A DNA stretch of 42,353 nt, taken from positions 1-42,353 of the forward strand of contig CANPBV010000001.1 in assembly GCA_947572405.1 (NCBI GenBank), written 5' to 3'. Positions 8,165 through 17,972 of this stretch are shown piece after piece; position 1 is the stretch's first letter, and the number at the start of each line of letters is the position of its first letter. The DNA is from an uncultured Mycoplasmatota bacterium (GTDB lineage Bacteria > Bacillota_I > Bacilli_A > RF39 > UBA660). The position numbers were made by a program, and so were the translations under genes. The notes below the pieces were generated by a model. That model was not told the DNA's origin, searched no databases, and saw nothing but the letters and a program-made list of their open reading frames with translations.

Positions 8165-8410
8165 TTACTTTTCGTCTTTAAAATCCCACCATTTTAAATT
8201 TTCGTCTCTAGTTTTCGCAAATTGTACCGAAAGGCGATAAACATATAAAACACATCTATCTAATTCACCACCAAGTCGCTTTTTATCTTCTTCATACATT
8301 TGTTCTGGGTTTTTATCTATTAATGCTTCTACATTTGTAATTCCAAGCGCAATAAAGTGTTGTTTTAAGTTTTTTCCAACACCTGGAATTTTAATCAAAT
8401 CTGTTTTCAT
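8165..8410 (-). CDS. Helix-hairpin-helix protein (Cdd1 / pathogenicity-locus-like family)
   Basis: 81 aa. LIKIPGVGKNLKQHFIALGITNVEAL HhH, followed by DRCVLYVYRLSVQFA...KWWDF. Confidence 0.6.
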   Translation of the reverse strand: MKTDLIKIPGVGKNLKQHFIALGITNVEALIDKNPEQMYEEDKKRLGGELDRCVLYVYRLSVQFAKTRDENLKWWDFKDEK

Positions 8411-8437
8411 ATAGAAAAAATAGTACGATGTACTATT

Positions 8438-8650
8438 TTATAAACCCATAATAATACAAATAATAAAGAATGCTGCTCCTAATCCTGCAGTTAATCTGGT
8501 AATAAATAATTCACCACCACGTTCTTTTCTATTCGCGAATAAACTATCATTTCCACCACTAATGACATTGGAAGCACTTTCTGCTTTTCCACTTTGTAAA
8601 AGTCCGATGGCAATTAATAAAATTGATACAATAATCAATAAAACCTTCAT
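8438..8650 (-). CDS. secG: Preprotein translocase subunit SecG
   Basis: 70 aa with two TMs flanking LLQSGKAES...GGNDSLFANRKERGGE..TRLT. Typical SecG layout. Confidence 0.85.
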   Translation of the reverse strand: MKVLLIIVSILLIAIGLLQSGKAESASNVISGGNDSLFANRKERGGELFITRLTAGLGAAFFIICIIMGL

Positions 8651-8707
8651 GAGTTTTCCTCCTTTGATATATTACTACTCTATCATAAAGCGAGCATTTT
8701 TTCAAGT

Positions 8708-9994
8708 CTATTTCCCTTTTTTAGGCATGATTATGTAAGTCGAATGATTATTTAAATTTATATTCGGAATTAATTTTTGATACTCAGATATATTCAGTTC
8801 TTTAATTTCCTCATAATCATCACAGTTTACTTTTCCATATTTAATAACATTACTCATAGCTTTTTCATTTAAGCTGTAAATATTATCACTCATAAATAGA
8901 AACGAACTAATTACTGTTTTACGTTTCCTATTTAAATCAGTTTCCGATAATTCTAAATTGCTAAGTTCCTGGTTGATTAGGTCTATTACTTTTTCTGGTT
9001 CTTCTGTCTCAGCAATGAGCATGATTACAAAATAGTCCTCTGTATCAATATAATCAAACGCAAAATCAGTTGACATTAAACCTTCTTTTTTTAGCTGTTC
9101 TTGAAATAAACTCACTGGTCCTAATTTTATATCAAAAAGCATCATCAAATAATGAAGGATTTTTCTTCTAGAAACATTTTTAAAAGAAGCAAGTGGTATT
9201 TTATAACCAATTGATAATTTTGGAATGGTAACAGCCATTTTTTTCTTTTCATATCCTTTTTCAACCTCAGTTGGCTCTTTTATTTTTTTCTTTTCCACTG
9301 GTTTTGCTTCTACTAACGTTCTTTTACCTTCTACTTCCTTAATTACTTTAATTGCTTCATATGGTTCTACTTTTCCTGTAATAACAACAAACATATTACT
9401 AGGATGATAAAATGTATGATAGCATTCATACAAATCCTGCTTGGTAATAGAACGAACACTTTCTACCGTCCCTATAATTGGATATTTAATAGCATCCTCT
9501 ATAAAAATATTATAAAGCAGTCCCTCATATGCCTTATTATATGGGTTGTCCTCATACATCATAATTTCTTGTTCAATAATCCCTTTTTCTTTTTCTACAT
9601 TTTCATCTGTAAAGAAAGGTGCTTCTACATATTCCAGTAAATATCTTAAATTCTCCTCTAAAAATTGCGTTCCAGAAAAAAGATAAGTTGTTTTGGTATA
9701 ATTGGTATTGGCGTTAGCGTCTGCACCTCTTTCACTAAAGAATGCAAAAGGGTCCGTTCCATCTTCTTGTTCAAACATCTTGTGCTCTAAAAAATGAGCA
9801 ACCCCAAGTGGAACTTTTTTCATTTTTTTATTTCCAAGTGGAACAAATTCATAATCTCTAGAACCATATTTCGTACTATAAGTAACATAAGTATTATTAC
9901 AGTTCTTTTTTGGAATGATATAAACTTCAAGCCCATTATCCAACTTTTCATAAAACAAATCTAAATCGAGATTACTCATCTTCATTTGCTTCAT
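8708..9994 (-). CDS. M16-family zinc peptidase, catalytic-type subunit
   Basis: Inverted zincin motif HFLEH (GVAHFLEHKMFEQ) is present. Start set at MKQMKMS (GGAGGGG 8 nt upstream); the ORF extends to 10033. Confidence 0.85.
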   Translation of the reverse strand: MKQMKMSNLDLDLFYEKLDNGLEVYIIPKKNCNNTYVTYSTKYGSRDYEFVPLGNKKMKKVPLGVAHFLEHKMFEQEDGTDPFAFFSERGADANANTNYTKTTYLFSGTQFLEENLRYLLEYVEAPFFTDENVEKEKGIIEQEIMMYEDNPYNKAYEGLLYNIFIEDAIKYPIIGTVESVRSITKQDLYECYHTFYHPSNMFVVITGKVEPYEAIKVIKEVEGKRTLVEAKPVEKKKIKEPTEVEKGYEKKKMAVTIPKLSIGYKIPLASFKNVSRRKILHYLMMLFDIKLGPVSLFQEQLKKEGLMSTDFAFDYIDTEDYFVIMLIAETEEPEKVIDLINQELSNLELSETDLNRKRKTVISSFLFMSDNIYSLNEKAMSNVIKYGKVNCDDYEEIKELNISEYQKLIPNINLNNHSTYIIMPKKGK

Positions 9995-11255
9995 CTGGTT
10001 CCCCTCCTTCCAATAAATAAACGGTATCTGCATGAATTTTTTTCGCTACTGATACAATCATGTCTTTTGTAACCTCATGGATTTTCTTTTTTCGCTCTTC
10101 TAACATATCGTATCCTAAATATTCGTGTGATATATAAGTTGAAATAATAGAACTAGGAGAGTCTTCTAACTCATCAAAGGCACTTAAATAAGTGATTTTT
10201 GCTTTTTCTATATCAGTTTCTTCAAAATTTCCTTTTTCCATATTGGTAAGTTCCTTTTTGACTAAAGAAACAGCTTTTTTATAAGAAGATGCATCAATTC
10301 CGGCTTTGATAATTAATAAATTGCTTGTTGGTTGATATGTAGAATGAATGGAATAACAAAGAGAGTTTAATTCCCGTACATTATGAAATAATTTCGAATC
10401 GGTTCCCCCACCTAAAATAAAATTATAAACTTGCATGACATATTTTTTTTCAAATTCTGATAATAAATCTATTTTACAACCAATCAATAAATGACTTTGG
10501 TTGATCTCCTTTTTCTCCTTTGTTGTTTTGATAATTCTTCTAGGCTTCACTGGTTGTAAATAATGGCTCATAGAAGGTTTCTTTAATGTATTGATTGGAA
10601 AATGATCTAAAAATAATTGTTGAACTTTTTCAGGATCGATATTTCCAATTACAAAAATATCCACTAAATCACTACTTAAAACGCTTTCATAATAAGCATA
10701 TAAGTTGGTTTCATTGATTTCTTTTAAATCTTCTAAGTAACCAATTGATCGAAATGAAAAAGGCGCACTTTTATCCATTTCCTCTAACAGTCGGTACATA
10801 GAATATCTACCATAATTGTCTTCCAATGAATTTAATTGCTCTTCTAATGCTTTTTTGGCAATTTTAAAATTGGATTTTTCAAAGCGCTTTTGTACTACGT
10901 TTGGATGAAATAAGAATTCCATTAAAAAGTCTAAAGATTCTTTTAACATTCCTGCTTCTGTATAAGCTTCATTTAAGAAAATACAGTCAAAACTCATAAT
11001 CATATAATTTCCAGATAAATAAGTGTTTGATTTTACAAATAAATTATACAAATCCTCCGTTTTTATTTCAATTTCTCTTCTACTTGGATATTTAGAAGAA
11101 GATTCTAATAGGACATCCGCGAGTAAGTTTCTATATGTAATATCTTTTTTCTCCAGTTTTCTTTTAAAATTAACTTTCACTGTAACGGTTTTAAATTTAT
11201 CTGTTTTAATTGTGTGTAAATGATATGCAACATTCTCGTATTTATGGTATTCCAT
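9972..11255 (-). CDS. M16-family peptidase-like protein lacking the HxxEH motif
   Basis: M16 fold length and layout, but the motif position reads LLADVLLESSSKY. Start at MEYHKY (SD AGAGGTGG). Overlaps the downstream M16 gene. Confidence 0.75.
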   Translation of the reverse strand: MEYHKYENVAYHLHTIKTDKFKTVTVKVNFKRKLEKKDITYRNLLADVLLESSSKYPSRREIEIKTEDLYNLFVKSNTYLSGNYMIMSFDCIFLNEAYTEAGMLKESLDFLMEFLFHPNVVQKRFEKSNFKIAKKALEEQLNSLEDNYGRYSMYRLLEEMDKSAPFSFRSIGYLEDLKEINETNLYAYYESVLSSDLVDIFVIGNIDPEKVQQLFLDHFPINTLKKPSMSHYLQPVKPRRIIKTTKEKKEINQSHLLIGCKIDLLSEFEKKYVMQVYNFILGGGTDSKLFHNVRELNSLCYSIHSTYQPTSNLLIIKAGIDASSYKKAVSLVKKELTNMEKGNFEETDIEKAKITYLSAFDELEDSPSSIISTYISHEYLGYDMLEERKKKIHEVTKDMIVSVAKKIHADTVYLLEGGEPDEANEDE

Positions 11256-11295
11256 TTGATCCACCTCTTTCATAGTATACGTAAAAATGCTTTTT

Positions 11296-12003
11296 TTATA
11301 AGTAAAAAGCTGTTTCTAAAGCGAGTTCTATCATTGTAAAGAAAGCTTTTTGTCGTTCTTCGGATGTAGTTTCTTCCTTTGTTTCAAAGTTGTTAGATAC
11401 AGTAAGAATACAAGCTGCTTTTTTGTTTAAGTGATTCGCATTATGAAAAAGCGCGAAGCTTTCCATTTCTACTCCAATACAATGATAATTTTGAAACATT
11501 TTTTTATAATCTACAATGTCTGAATAGAAAACATCACTACAGTATATGGTCCCAGTAGTAATTGGAATTCCAATTTTAGAAGCAGTCTTTTTTATTTTCT
11601 CGTTTAATTCCTGGTTTGGATATAAAGTATCCTCCATTGTCCCATCTTGTACTTTGGCAAAAGTAGAATCTGAATAAGTTTTTTCTGAGAGTACTACATC
11701 ATACAAGTTTAAATCTTTTGTATAAGCACCAACTGAGCCAATTCGAATAATCACATCAACCTCATAATCATGATATAACTCATAAGAATAAATCCCCATA
11801 CTAGCGCATCCCATTCCTGAGGCCATTACAGTAATCTCTTTTCCTTTATAAGTTCCTGTAAATCCTAAGATTCCTCTTACACTTGTTACTAATTTAGCGT
11901 TTTCTAAATAGGTTTCTGCTATCATTTTTGCCCGTAATGGATCTCCAGGCATGATGACAATTTTCGCGATTTCTCCCTTTTTAGCTTCTATATGTGGCGT
12001 CAT
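11296..12003 (-). CDS. deoD: Purine nucleoside phosphorylase, DeoD type
   Basis: TPHIEAKKGEIAKIVIMPGDPLRAK...GMGCASMGIYSYEL...GVEMES. Canonical hexameric PNP motifs. Confidence 0.9.
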   Translation of the reverse strand: MTPHIEAKKGEIAKIVIMPGDPLRAKMIAETYLENAKLVTSVRGILGFTGTYKGKEITVMASGMGCASMGIYSYELYHDYEVDVIIRIGSVGAYTKDLNLYDVVLSEKTYSDSTFAKVQDGTMEDTLYPNQELNEKIKKTASKIGIPITTGTIYCSDVFYSDIVDYKKMFQNYHCIGVEMESFALFHNANHLNKKAACILTVSNNFETKEETTSEERQKAFFTMIELALETAFYL

Positions 12004-12976
12004 AATATTCCTCCTCTATTTGTTTTTTTAATTTTTCTTTTTCCTGCTCATTTAGAAATGAGCTTTTTATTGCATTTAAGTTACATGTTTTAATGTCATC
12101 TATGGTAAAGTCAAACAATTTCATTAAGTCTTCATATTCCTCTGTTAGTGTAATATTAGAGACAGTTCGATTATCTGTATTGATGGATATAGGGACATTT
12201 GAAAACAATTGCTTTATTGGATGTTTTTTCTTTTCTGTTACAATATCTGTATCAACATTACTTTGTGGACAAACTTCTAACAATATTTTATCTTCCTTCA
12301 GTGTATTCATAAGTCCTTGATTTTCTATAGTAGCGATTCCGTGCCCTATTCTGACTGCCCCGAAACGAAGCGCTTCCAAAATGCTATGATAACTACTAGC
12401 TTCTCCAGCATGAATTGTATAAGGAACTCCTAATTCTCTTGCCTTTTCAAATAATTTTTGAAACAATTGAGTTGGATATTTTGATTCATCCCCTGCTAAA
12501 TCTAGTGCAACAACTCCATGATTCAAAAATGATTTGGCAACTTCTACTGTCTCAAAATTTTTTTCATTTTCTAAATGATTCCTAAGGCAACATAAAATTA
12601 GGTTGCAAGTAATTCCTTCTTCTTCTCGAATTTCTTCTACAATAGCTTCCACAACTTGTTTTTGAGATAATCCTTCTTTTGTATGTAGTGAAGGTGCAAA
12701 ACGAAGTTCTACATAAATTACATGTTCTTTTTTTAAGTCTTCCAACAATTCTTTAGTAACCCTTTTTAAGTTTTCTTTTGTTTGCATTACTTTGATAGGT
12801 AAATCAAATTTCATTAAATAATCGGTTAAAGAATGCGTATTTTTATCACACACCATTTGTAAATATGCTTCTTCATAACTTATATTTAATAGTTCTGCCA
12901 CTGTAGATATTCTCACACTTCCATCTAAGTGTAAATGAAGTTCTACTTTGGGCAATCGCTTTACTATTGTTTTCAT
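11981..12976 (-). CDS. add: Adenosine deaminase
   Basis: LPKVELHLHLDGSVR, HAGE and TDN(R)T motifs. The 3' end overlaps deoD by 23 nt. Confidence 0.9.
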   Translation of the reverse strand: MKTIVKRLPKVELHLHLDGSVRISTVAELLNISYEEAYLQMVCDKNTHSLTDYLMKFDLPIKVMQTKENLKRVTKELLEDLKKEHVIYVELRFAPSLHTKEGLSQKQVVEAIVEEIREEEGITCNLILCCLRNHLENEKNFETVEVAKSFLNHGVVALDLAGDESKYPTQLFQKLFEKARELGVPYTIHAGEASSYHSILEALRFGAVRIGHGIATIENQGLMNTLKEDKILLEVCPQSNVDTDIVTEKKKHPIKQLFSNVPISINTDNRTVSNITLTEEYEDLMKLFDFTIDDIKTCNLNAIKSSFLNEQEKEKLKKQIEEEYYDATYRS

Positions 12977-13153
12977 ATTTCACCTTCTTATTCATTGTAC
13001 CATAAGAAATTCAAAAAAAGAAGCAATGTATACTTCCTTTCTAATTCCATTATTGTCATTTCTTTCTTAGTTTTTAAATTTCATATTCATAATATCATTA
13101 CAAACTAGAAATTGCAAGCGATTTAGAATAAGTTTCAAAGTATTTGACACATA

Positions 13154-13648
13154 TTATTTAGCGTTGTTTTTCATATTGGATACTATAATTTCGACTAATT
13201 TGTTATAATCCTCACCTATCGTATTTTTTTGGAAGAGAAAAGCGACCTCATTTCTTTTTGGTTCTACAAAAATGTAATTATGTCTCACTTTTACTTTTTT
13301 AATATCTTTCCACAATACTTCTTTTTTAAAGTTTTCAGTACTTTGTGTAATTCCCCTTTTGGTAACACGAAAGTGATAGTTGGCATAATCTTCTTTTCTA
13401 CCTTTTTGTCTTAATTTTAGTTCAATAAAAGTAAATATAAAATTACATCCCCATAATACGAAACCAAGAACAATGATAAAAAAAATACAAATTGTAAAAA
13501 AAAGCCAAAACTTTTTCATCATCATTGGAATATTAATCGCAATATAAAATACAGAAAACAAAATAAAATAAATCCTATTTGTTTTTCTATGACGTTCTTT
13601 TAAAAAATACCTTTCATCTGATTCTTTTAATTGATATTCAAAATTCAC
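13154..13648 (-). CDS. YcxB-like membrane protein (hypothetical)
   Basis: Two central TMs, then a C-terminal domain (VLWKDIKKVKVRHNYIFVEPKRNEVAFLFQK) resembling the YcxB-like family. Confidence 0.5.
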   Translation of the reverse strand: MNFEYQLKESDERYFLKERHRKTNRIYFILFSVFYIAINIPMMMKKFWLFFTICIFFIIVLGFVLWGCNFIFTFIELKLRQKGRKEDYANYHFRVTKRGITQSTENFKKEVLWKDIKKVKVRHNYIFVEPKRNEVAFLFQKNTIGEDYNKLVEIIVSNMKNNAK

Positions 13649-13652
13649 AAAT

Positions 13653-14134
13653 TCACATTCTTTCTATTTTTAATATTGTATGATTCATTTCAACATCTAT
13701 TTTATAATTCAAAGTTTTATTTCTAAAATCATCTTCATATTCTGAATTCAACAAATAAGCAATTCCAAAACGCTTTTCTTTCTTTTTTAATTCTGATATT
13801 GAAATCCAAAAGGAAGAATTTTCCGCAAATTCTTGGGGATTTCCAGAAAAATCCAGTGCCATAAATACTTGAAAATGATAAATTCTATCGGGATATTCCT
13901 CAATTACGGTTCCTATTTTCTCTAACTTTTCTACTTTCATTCCTGTTTCTTCTTTTACTTCTCTGATAGCAGCTTCATACGCTGTTTCTCCTTTTTCAAT
14001 AACATAACCTATTTATATTATACCATAAAATGAAGTTACTTGCTCTTTTCTCAGAATCAATTTCATCACTATTTTTTATTTTAACGCCATTGCCAATCCC
14101 TATTCTGTAAATACTTGAGTTAGATACTTTACAT
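13653..14134 (-). pseudogene. Nudix hydrolase, disrupted
   Basis: The Nudix box G-YVIEKGETAYEAAIREVKEETG lies in frame immediately upstream of the tracked ORF 13653..13940. That frame carries TAA stops at 14013-14015 and 14076-14078. The N-terminal part (SSIYRIGIGNGVKIKNSDEI) is in another frame, so there is at least one frameshift near 14060. Confidence 0.55.
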
Positions 14135-14170
14135 CACCTACTTATATATACTAGAAAAAATATCAAAAGT

Positions 14171-14204
14171 ACTAAAAAAAGAAATAGAGATTTTCTATTT
14201 CTTT
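14171..14204 (-). terminator. Rho-independent terminator overlapping the uvrA stop
   Basis: aaagaaataga (14178-14188) pairs with tctatttcttt (14194-14204). On the minus strand a T7 run follows (plus-strand A-run 14174-14180). Confidence 0.55.
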
Positions 14205-17011
14205 AACAAAGGTTTCAAAAATTCACCAGTATAACTTTCTTTCACTTTTACTATTTCCTCTGGAGTTCCTGTTGCTACAATGGTTCCTCCTCCATCTCCA
14301 CCTTCTGGACCTAAGTCAATAATATAATCAGCTACTTTAATCACATCTAAATTGTGCTCAATTACCAAAACAGTATCCCCATTATCAACAATTCTTTGCA
14401 AAATAACCAATAGCTTTTTGATATCATCAGCATGTAGTCCAGTTGTTGGCTCATCTAATATAAATAAGCTCTTTCCAGTTGGCTTCTTTTGTAATTCTTT
14501 TGCAAGCTTCACTCTTCCTGCTTCTCCCCCTGATAAAGTAGGAGCACTTTGACCTAACTTGATATAAGATAAACCAACATCCATAAGTACTTGTAACTTA
14601 TTTTTAATCTTTGGAAATGCATCAAAAAATTCTAATGCCTCTTCTACTCTCATTTCTAAAACATCATAGATATTTTTCCCTTTAAACTTAATTTCTAATG
14701 TCTCTCTATTATATCTAGTTCCACTACAAACTTCACAAGGAACATAGACATCAGGTAAGAAATGCATCTCTATTTTTTTGACTCCATCTCCAGAGCAGGC
14801 TTCACAGCGACCACCTTTTACATTGAAAGAAAATCTACTTTTATCATATCCTCTGATTTTTGCTTCTTTGGTATTCGTAAATACATCTCTAATGTCATCA
14901 AATACTCCTGTATAAGTAGCTGGATTACTCCTAGGAGTTCTTCCTATTGGTGTCTGTGAAATGTCAACCACTTTATCAATATACTCTAACCCTTTAATCG
15001 CTTTACAAGCACCTACTTTTTCTTTTCCTTTGTAGACTTTATTAAAAACCGCTTTATAAATAATTTCATTCACCAAACTACTTTTTCCAGAACCACTTAC
15101 TCCAGTAACACAAGTAAACGTACCAAGTGGAACTTTAACATTAACATTTTTTAAGTTATTTTCTTTTGCGCCTTTCACTTCTAAAAATAGTTTATTTCCT
15201 TTTCTTCTTTTTTCGGGGACTTCTATTTTTTCCACACCAGATAAATATTTTCCTGTCAAACTATTCTTATTTTTCATGACTTCTTCTGGAGTTCCTTCTG
15301 CCACCACAGTTCCACCATGTAATCCTGCTCCTGGACCAATGTCAACCAAATAATCACTTGCTAACATTGTATCTGTATCGTGTTCTACAACAATTAAAGT
15401 ATTTCCTAAATCTCTCATTTCTTGTAAAGAATGAATCAATTTATTATTGTCTCTTTGATGAAGTCCAATACTAGGTTCATCCAAAACATATAAAACGCCG
15501 GTTAACCGAGAACCAATTTGTGTTGCAAGACGAATACGTTGTGCTTCTCCTCCTGACAATGTAGAAGCACTTCTGGCTAGTGTTAAATACGCAAGCCCTA
15601 CATTTACTAAAAATGTAAGTCTTGAATTAATCTCTTTTATAATCAATCTAGAGATTTCTTCTTGCTCTTTGTTTAATTTTAGTTTACTGAAAAATTCTTG
15701 TAAATCACCAATACTCATAAGAGTTAACTCATAAATATTCTTTTTTCCTACTAATACAGACAATACAGAGTCATGTAATCTTGCACCATGACAAGTTGGG
15801 CAAGTAAGTTCTGTCATAAATCCTTCAATCCAATCACGAATCCAACCACTTTTTGTTTCCATATATCGTCTTTCTAAATTCGTAATAATGCCTTCAAAAT
15901 AATCTTTGCTGGTTCTGGTATTCCCAGTTTTTGATACATAGTGAAATTCTAATAAATCTTTAGAACCATACAAAATAATATCTAGTTTCTTTTTATCCAT
16001 ATTTTTAATTGGCATATCCAAATCGATATCATAAAATTTTGCTAATGTCTCTATTTGAGTACTATAAGTACTTTGTTCATCACTCAAGTTTAAGGATACA
16101 ATCGCTCCTTCATGGATGCTTAAATCTCTATTTGGAATAACCAAATCTTCATCTATTTTTAACTTTACACCTAGACCTTTACAGTCTGGACAAGCTCCAT
16201 AAGGGGCATTAAAAGAAAACATTCGTGGTTCTAATTCAGGAAGTGAAAAATCACAGTCTGGACAAGCATAAGATTCGCTCATGACAATTTCTTCTCCACC
16301 TACTACATCAATCACGCATTTTCCATGTGCTAGCTTTGTTGATAATTCAATTGCTTCATAAAGTCTACTACGAATATCTTCTTTCATAATGAGTCGATCA
16401 ATAATAATTTCGATATTATGTTTTTTATTTTTTTCTAAATTAATCTCTTCACTTAATTCATACTCTGTATGATCGATTCTGGCACGTACATAACCATCTT
16501 TGCGTAAATTTTCTAACAAATCTTTAAATGTTCCTTTTTCACCATGAACAACGGGCGCTAAAACACGAATTTTAGTTCCTATCTCTAATTTCAAAATTTG
16601 GTTTGTCATTTCCTCAATACTTTGACTTGTGATAGGACGTTTATGAATAGGACAATAAGGAACACCAATTCTTGCATATAAAAGTCTTAAATAATCATAA
16701 ATTTCAGTCACTGTTCCTACTGTACTTCTTGGGTTTTTATTGGTTGTTTTTTGATCAATACTAATAGATGGACTAAGTCCTTCAATACTATCTACATCCG
16801 GCTTTTCACTCCCACCTAAAAATTGTCTCGCATAAGCACTAAGACTTTCTACATAGCGCCTTTCCCCTTCTGCATAAATAGTATCAAATGCAAGACTACT
16901 TTTTCCAGAGCCACTTACTCCAGTCATAACAATAAGCTTATTTTTAGGTAGTTCAATTGACACATTTTTTAAGTTATTTTCTCTTGCTCCTTTTACAATA
17001 ATCTTATCCAT
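14195..17011 (-). CDS. uvrA: Excinuclease ABC subunit A
   Basis: 938 aa. Duplicated Walker A (GVSGSGKSSL twice), duplicated LSGGEAQR/LSGGEAGR signatures, and zinc-finger Cys clusters. Confidence 0.97.
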   Translation of the reverse strand: MDKIIVKGARENNLKNVSIELPKNKLIVMTGVSGSGKSSLAFDTIYAEGERRYVESLSAYARQFLGGSEKPDVDSIEGLSPSISIDQKTTNKNPRSTVGTVTEIYDYLRLLYARIGVPYCPIHKRPITSQSIEEMTNQILKLEIGTKIRVLAPVVHGEKGTFKDLLENLRKDGYVRARIDHTEYELSEEINLEKNKKHNIEIIIDRLIMKEDIRSRLYEAIELSTKLAHGKCVIDVVGGEEIVMSESYACPDCDFSLPELEPRMFSFNAPYGACPDCKGLGVKLKIDEDLVIPNRDLSIHEGAIVSLNLSDEQSTYSTQIETLAKFYDIDLDMPIKNMDKKKLDIILYGSKDLLEFHYVSKTGNTRTSKDYFEGIITNLERRYMETKSGWIRDWIEGFMTELTCPTCHGARLHDSVLSVLVGKKNIYELTLMSIGDLQEFFSKLKLNKEQEEISRLIIKEINSRLTFLVNVGLAYLTLARSASTLSGGEAQRIRLATQIGSRLTGVLYVLDEPSIGLHQRDNNKLIHSLQEMRDLGNTLIVVEHDTDTMLASDYLVDIGPGAGLHGGTVVAEGTPEEVMKNKNSLTGKYLSGVEKIEVPEKRRKGNKLFLEVKGAKENNLKNVNVKVPLGTFTCVTGVSGSGKSSLVNEIIYKAVFNKVYKGKEKVGACKAIKGLEYIDKVVDISQTPIGRTPRSNPATYTGVFDDIRDVFTNTKEAKIRGYDKSRFSFNVKGGRCEACSGDGVKKIEMHFLPDVYVPCEVCSGTRYNRETLEIKFKGKNIYDVLEMRVEEALEFFDAFPKIKNKLQVLMDVGLSYIKLGQSAPTLSGGEAGRVKLAKELQKKPTGKSLFILDEPTTGLHADDIKKLLVILQRIVDNGDTVLVIEHNLDVIKVADYIIDLGPEGGDGGGTIVATGTPEEIVKVKESYTGEFLKPLLKK

Positions 17012-17136
17012 TTTACTCCTTCTTTCTTACTACAGATAGGTTCTATTATAACACAATCTCTAGTTTCTTTCATTTCCAAATGTAGGAAATAATACCATTT
17101 ACCATGATACCAATAATTTCTTTAGAAGAAAAAACA

Positions 17137-17916
17137 TCAATGGTGATGTCCTCCGGTCATAAAACCAATCAAAAGAATAACAAAGCCACTTACTACACCA
17201 AGTATTGTTTCTTTTTTATTTTTGGAGTGAAGTATTTGTTCTAATAGTTCAAATAAAACAATATAAATAATCATTCCAAGTGTAATACTTAGTAAAATTC
17301 CTAAAATTATTTCTTCTTTCATGACTCCATTTAAGAAAAACATAATCATTCCACCTAAAAATGTAGATATGGAAATAAGAAAACTAATAATTAGTGTTTT
17401 TCGCTTATTTTCACTGCTTTTATAAAAGGTTGAAGCGATGATCATCCCCATTGGAATGTTATGTAAGCCAACTCCAAGTCCCACTAATAAACCTAAATGA
17501 CTGGACGTGGAAGCGGTACCATAAATTGCCATCCCTTCTATTATATTGTGCAAAACAAGGGCAACGCTAGAGACAATTCCAATATGATATAAATGCTCTA
17601 TATGTTCTCTTTTGCTATGATGGTGCCCTTCATCTAAAGCATGATGCGGAATAAAATGATCTAAAATTTTCAATAGGACAATTCCAAAGACAATGCAACC
17701 TAATAAAATAATGATTCGCCAATTTCCCATCGCTTCTAAGTGTTCATAACTTTCTGGAAAAAGTTCAAAAATAGATAAACTGATCATTACCCCGAATGCT
17801 AAAGCAAGAGAAAAAGAGACAAATTTCTCGTTATTTTTTGTAATCAATACAATGATTGTTCCGAGTAATATAAATAAACCAAGAATGAATGTTAATAAAA
17901 GCGCGAATAATTCCAT
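17137..17916 (-). CDS. ZIP-family divalent metal transporter (ZupT-like)
   Basis: Eight-TM layout, a His-rich loop (DEGHHHSKREHIEH), HNIIEG and HNIPMG motifs, and a C-terminal GGHHH. Start at MELFALL (SD AGGAAG). Confidence 0.85.
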   Translation of the reverse strand: MELFALLLTFILGLFILLGTIIVLITKNNEKFVSFSLALAFGVMISLSIFELFPESYEHLEAMGNWRIIILLGCIVFGIVLLKILDHFIPHHALDEGHHHSKREHIEHLYHIGIVSSVALVLHNIIEGMAIYGTASTSSHLGLLVGLGVGLHNIPMGMIIASTFYKSSENKRKTLIISFLISISTFLGGMIMFFLNGVMKEEIILGILLSITLGMIIYIVLFELLEQILHSKNKKETILGVVSGFVILLIGFMTGGHHH

Positions 17917-17930
17917 AACCATCTTCCTTT

Positions 17931-17955
17931 AAAAAAAGAGTTTCAAACTCTTTTT
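17931..17955 (-). terminator. AT-rich hairpin plus U-run between the lipoprotein gene and the ZIP gene
   Basis: The minus strand reads aaaagagt-ttgaa-actctttt followed by ttt. An extended -10 (TGTTATAAT, plus 17957-17965) sits just upstream on the same strand. Confidence 0.4.
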
Positions 17956-17972
17956 CATTATAACACATTTTT

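Noticed and set aside
12977-13153. Possible purine riboswitch upstream of add
   Set aside because: I looked for the conserved purine-aptamer loops (UAUAAUC..GAUAUGGU..GGGAGUUUCUACC). None are present; only promoter-like hexamers were seen.
11296-14134. add, deoD and Nudix considered as a nucleotide-targeting defence module
   Set aside because: Add (331 aa) and DeoD (235 aa) have canonical housekeeping lengths and motifs and overlap as a salvage operon. The Nudix gene is decayed and separated from add by about 680 bp that contain the YcxB-like gene.
17012-17136. LexA (Cheo-box, CGAAC-N4-GTTCG) operator upstream of uvrA
   Set aside because: No such palindrome is present. The nearest match is a lone AGAAC half-site.
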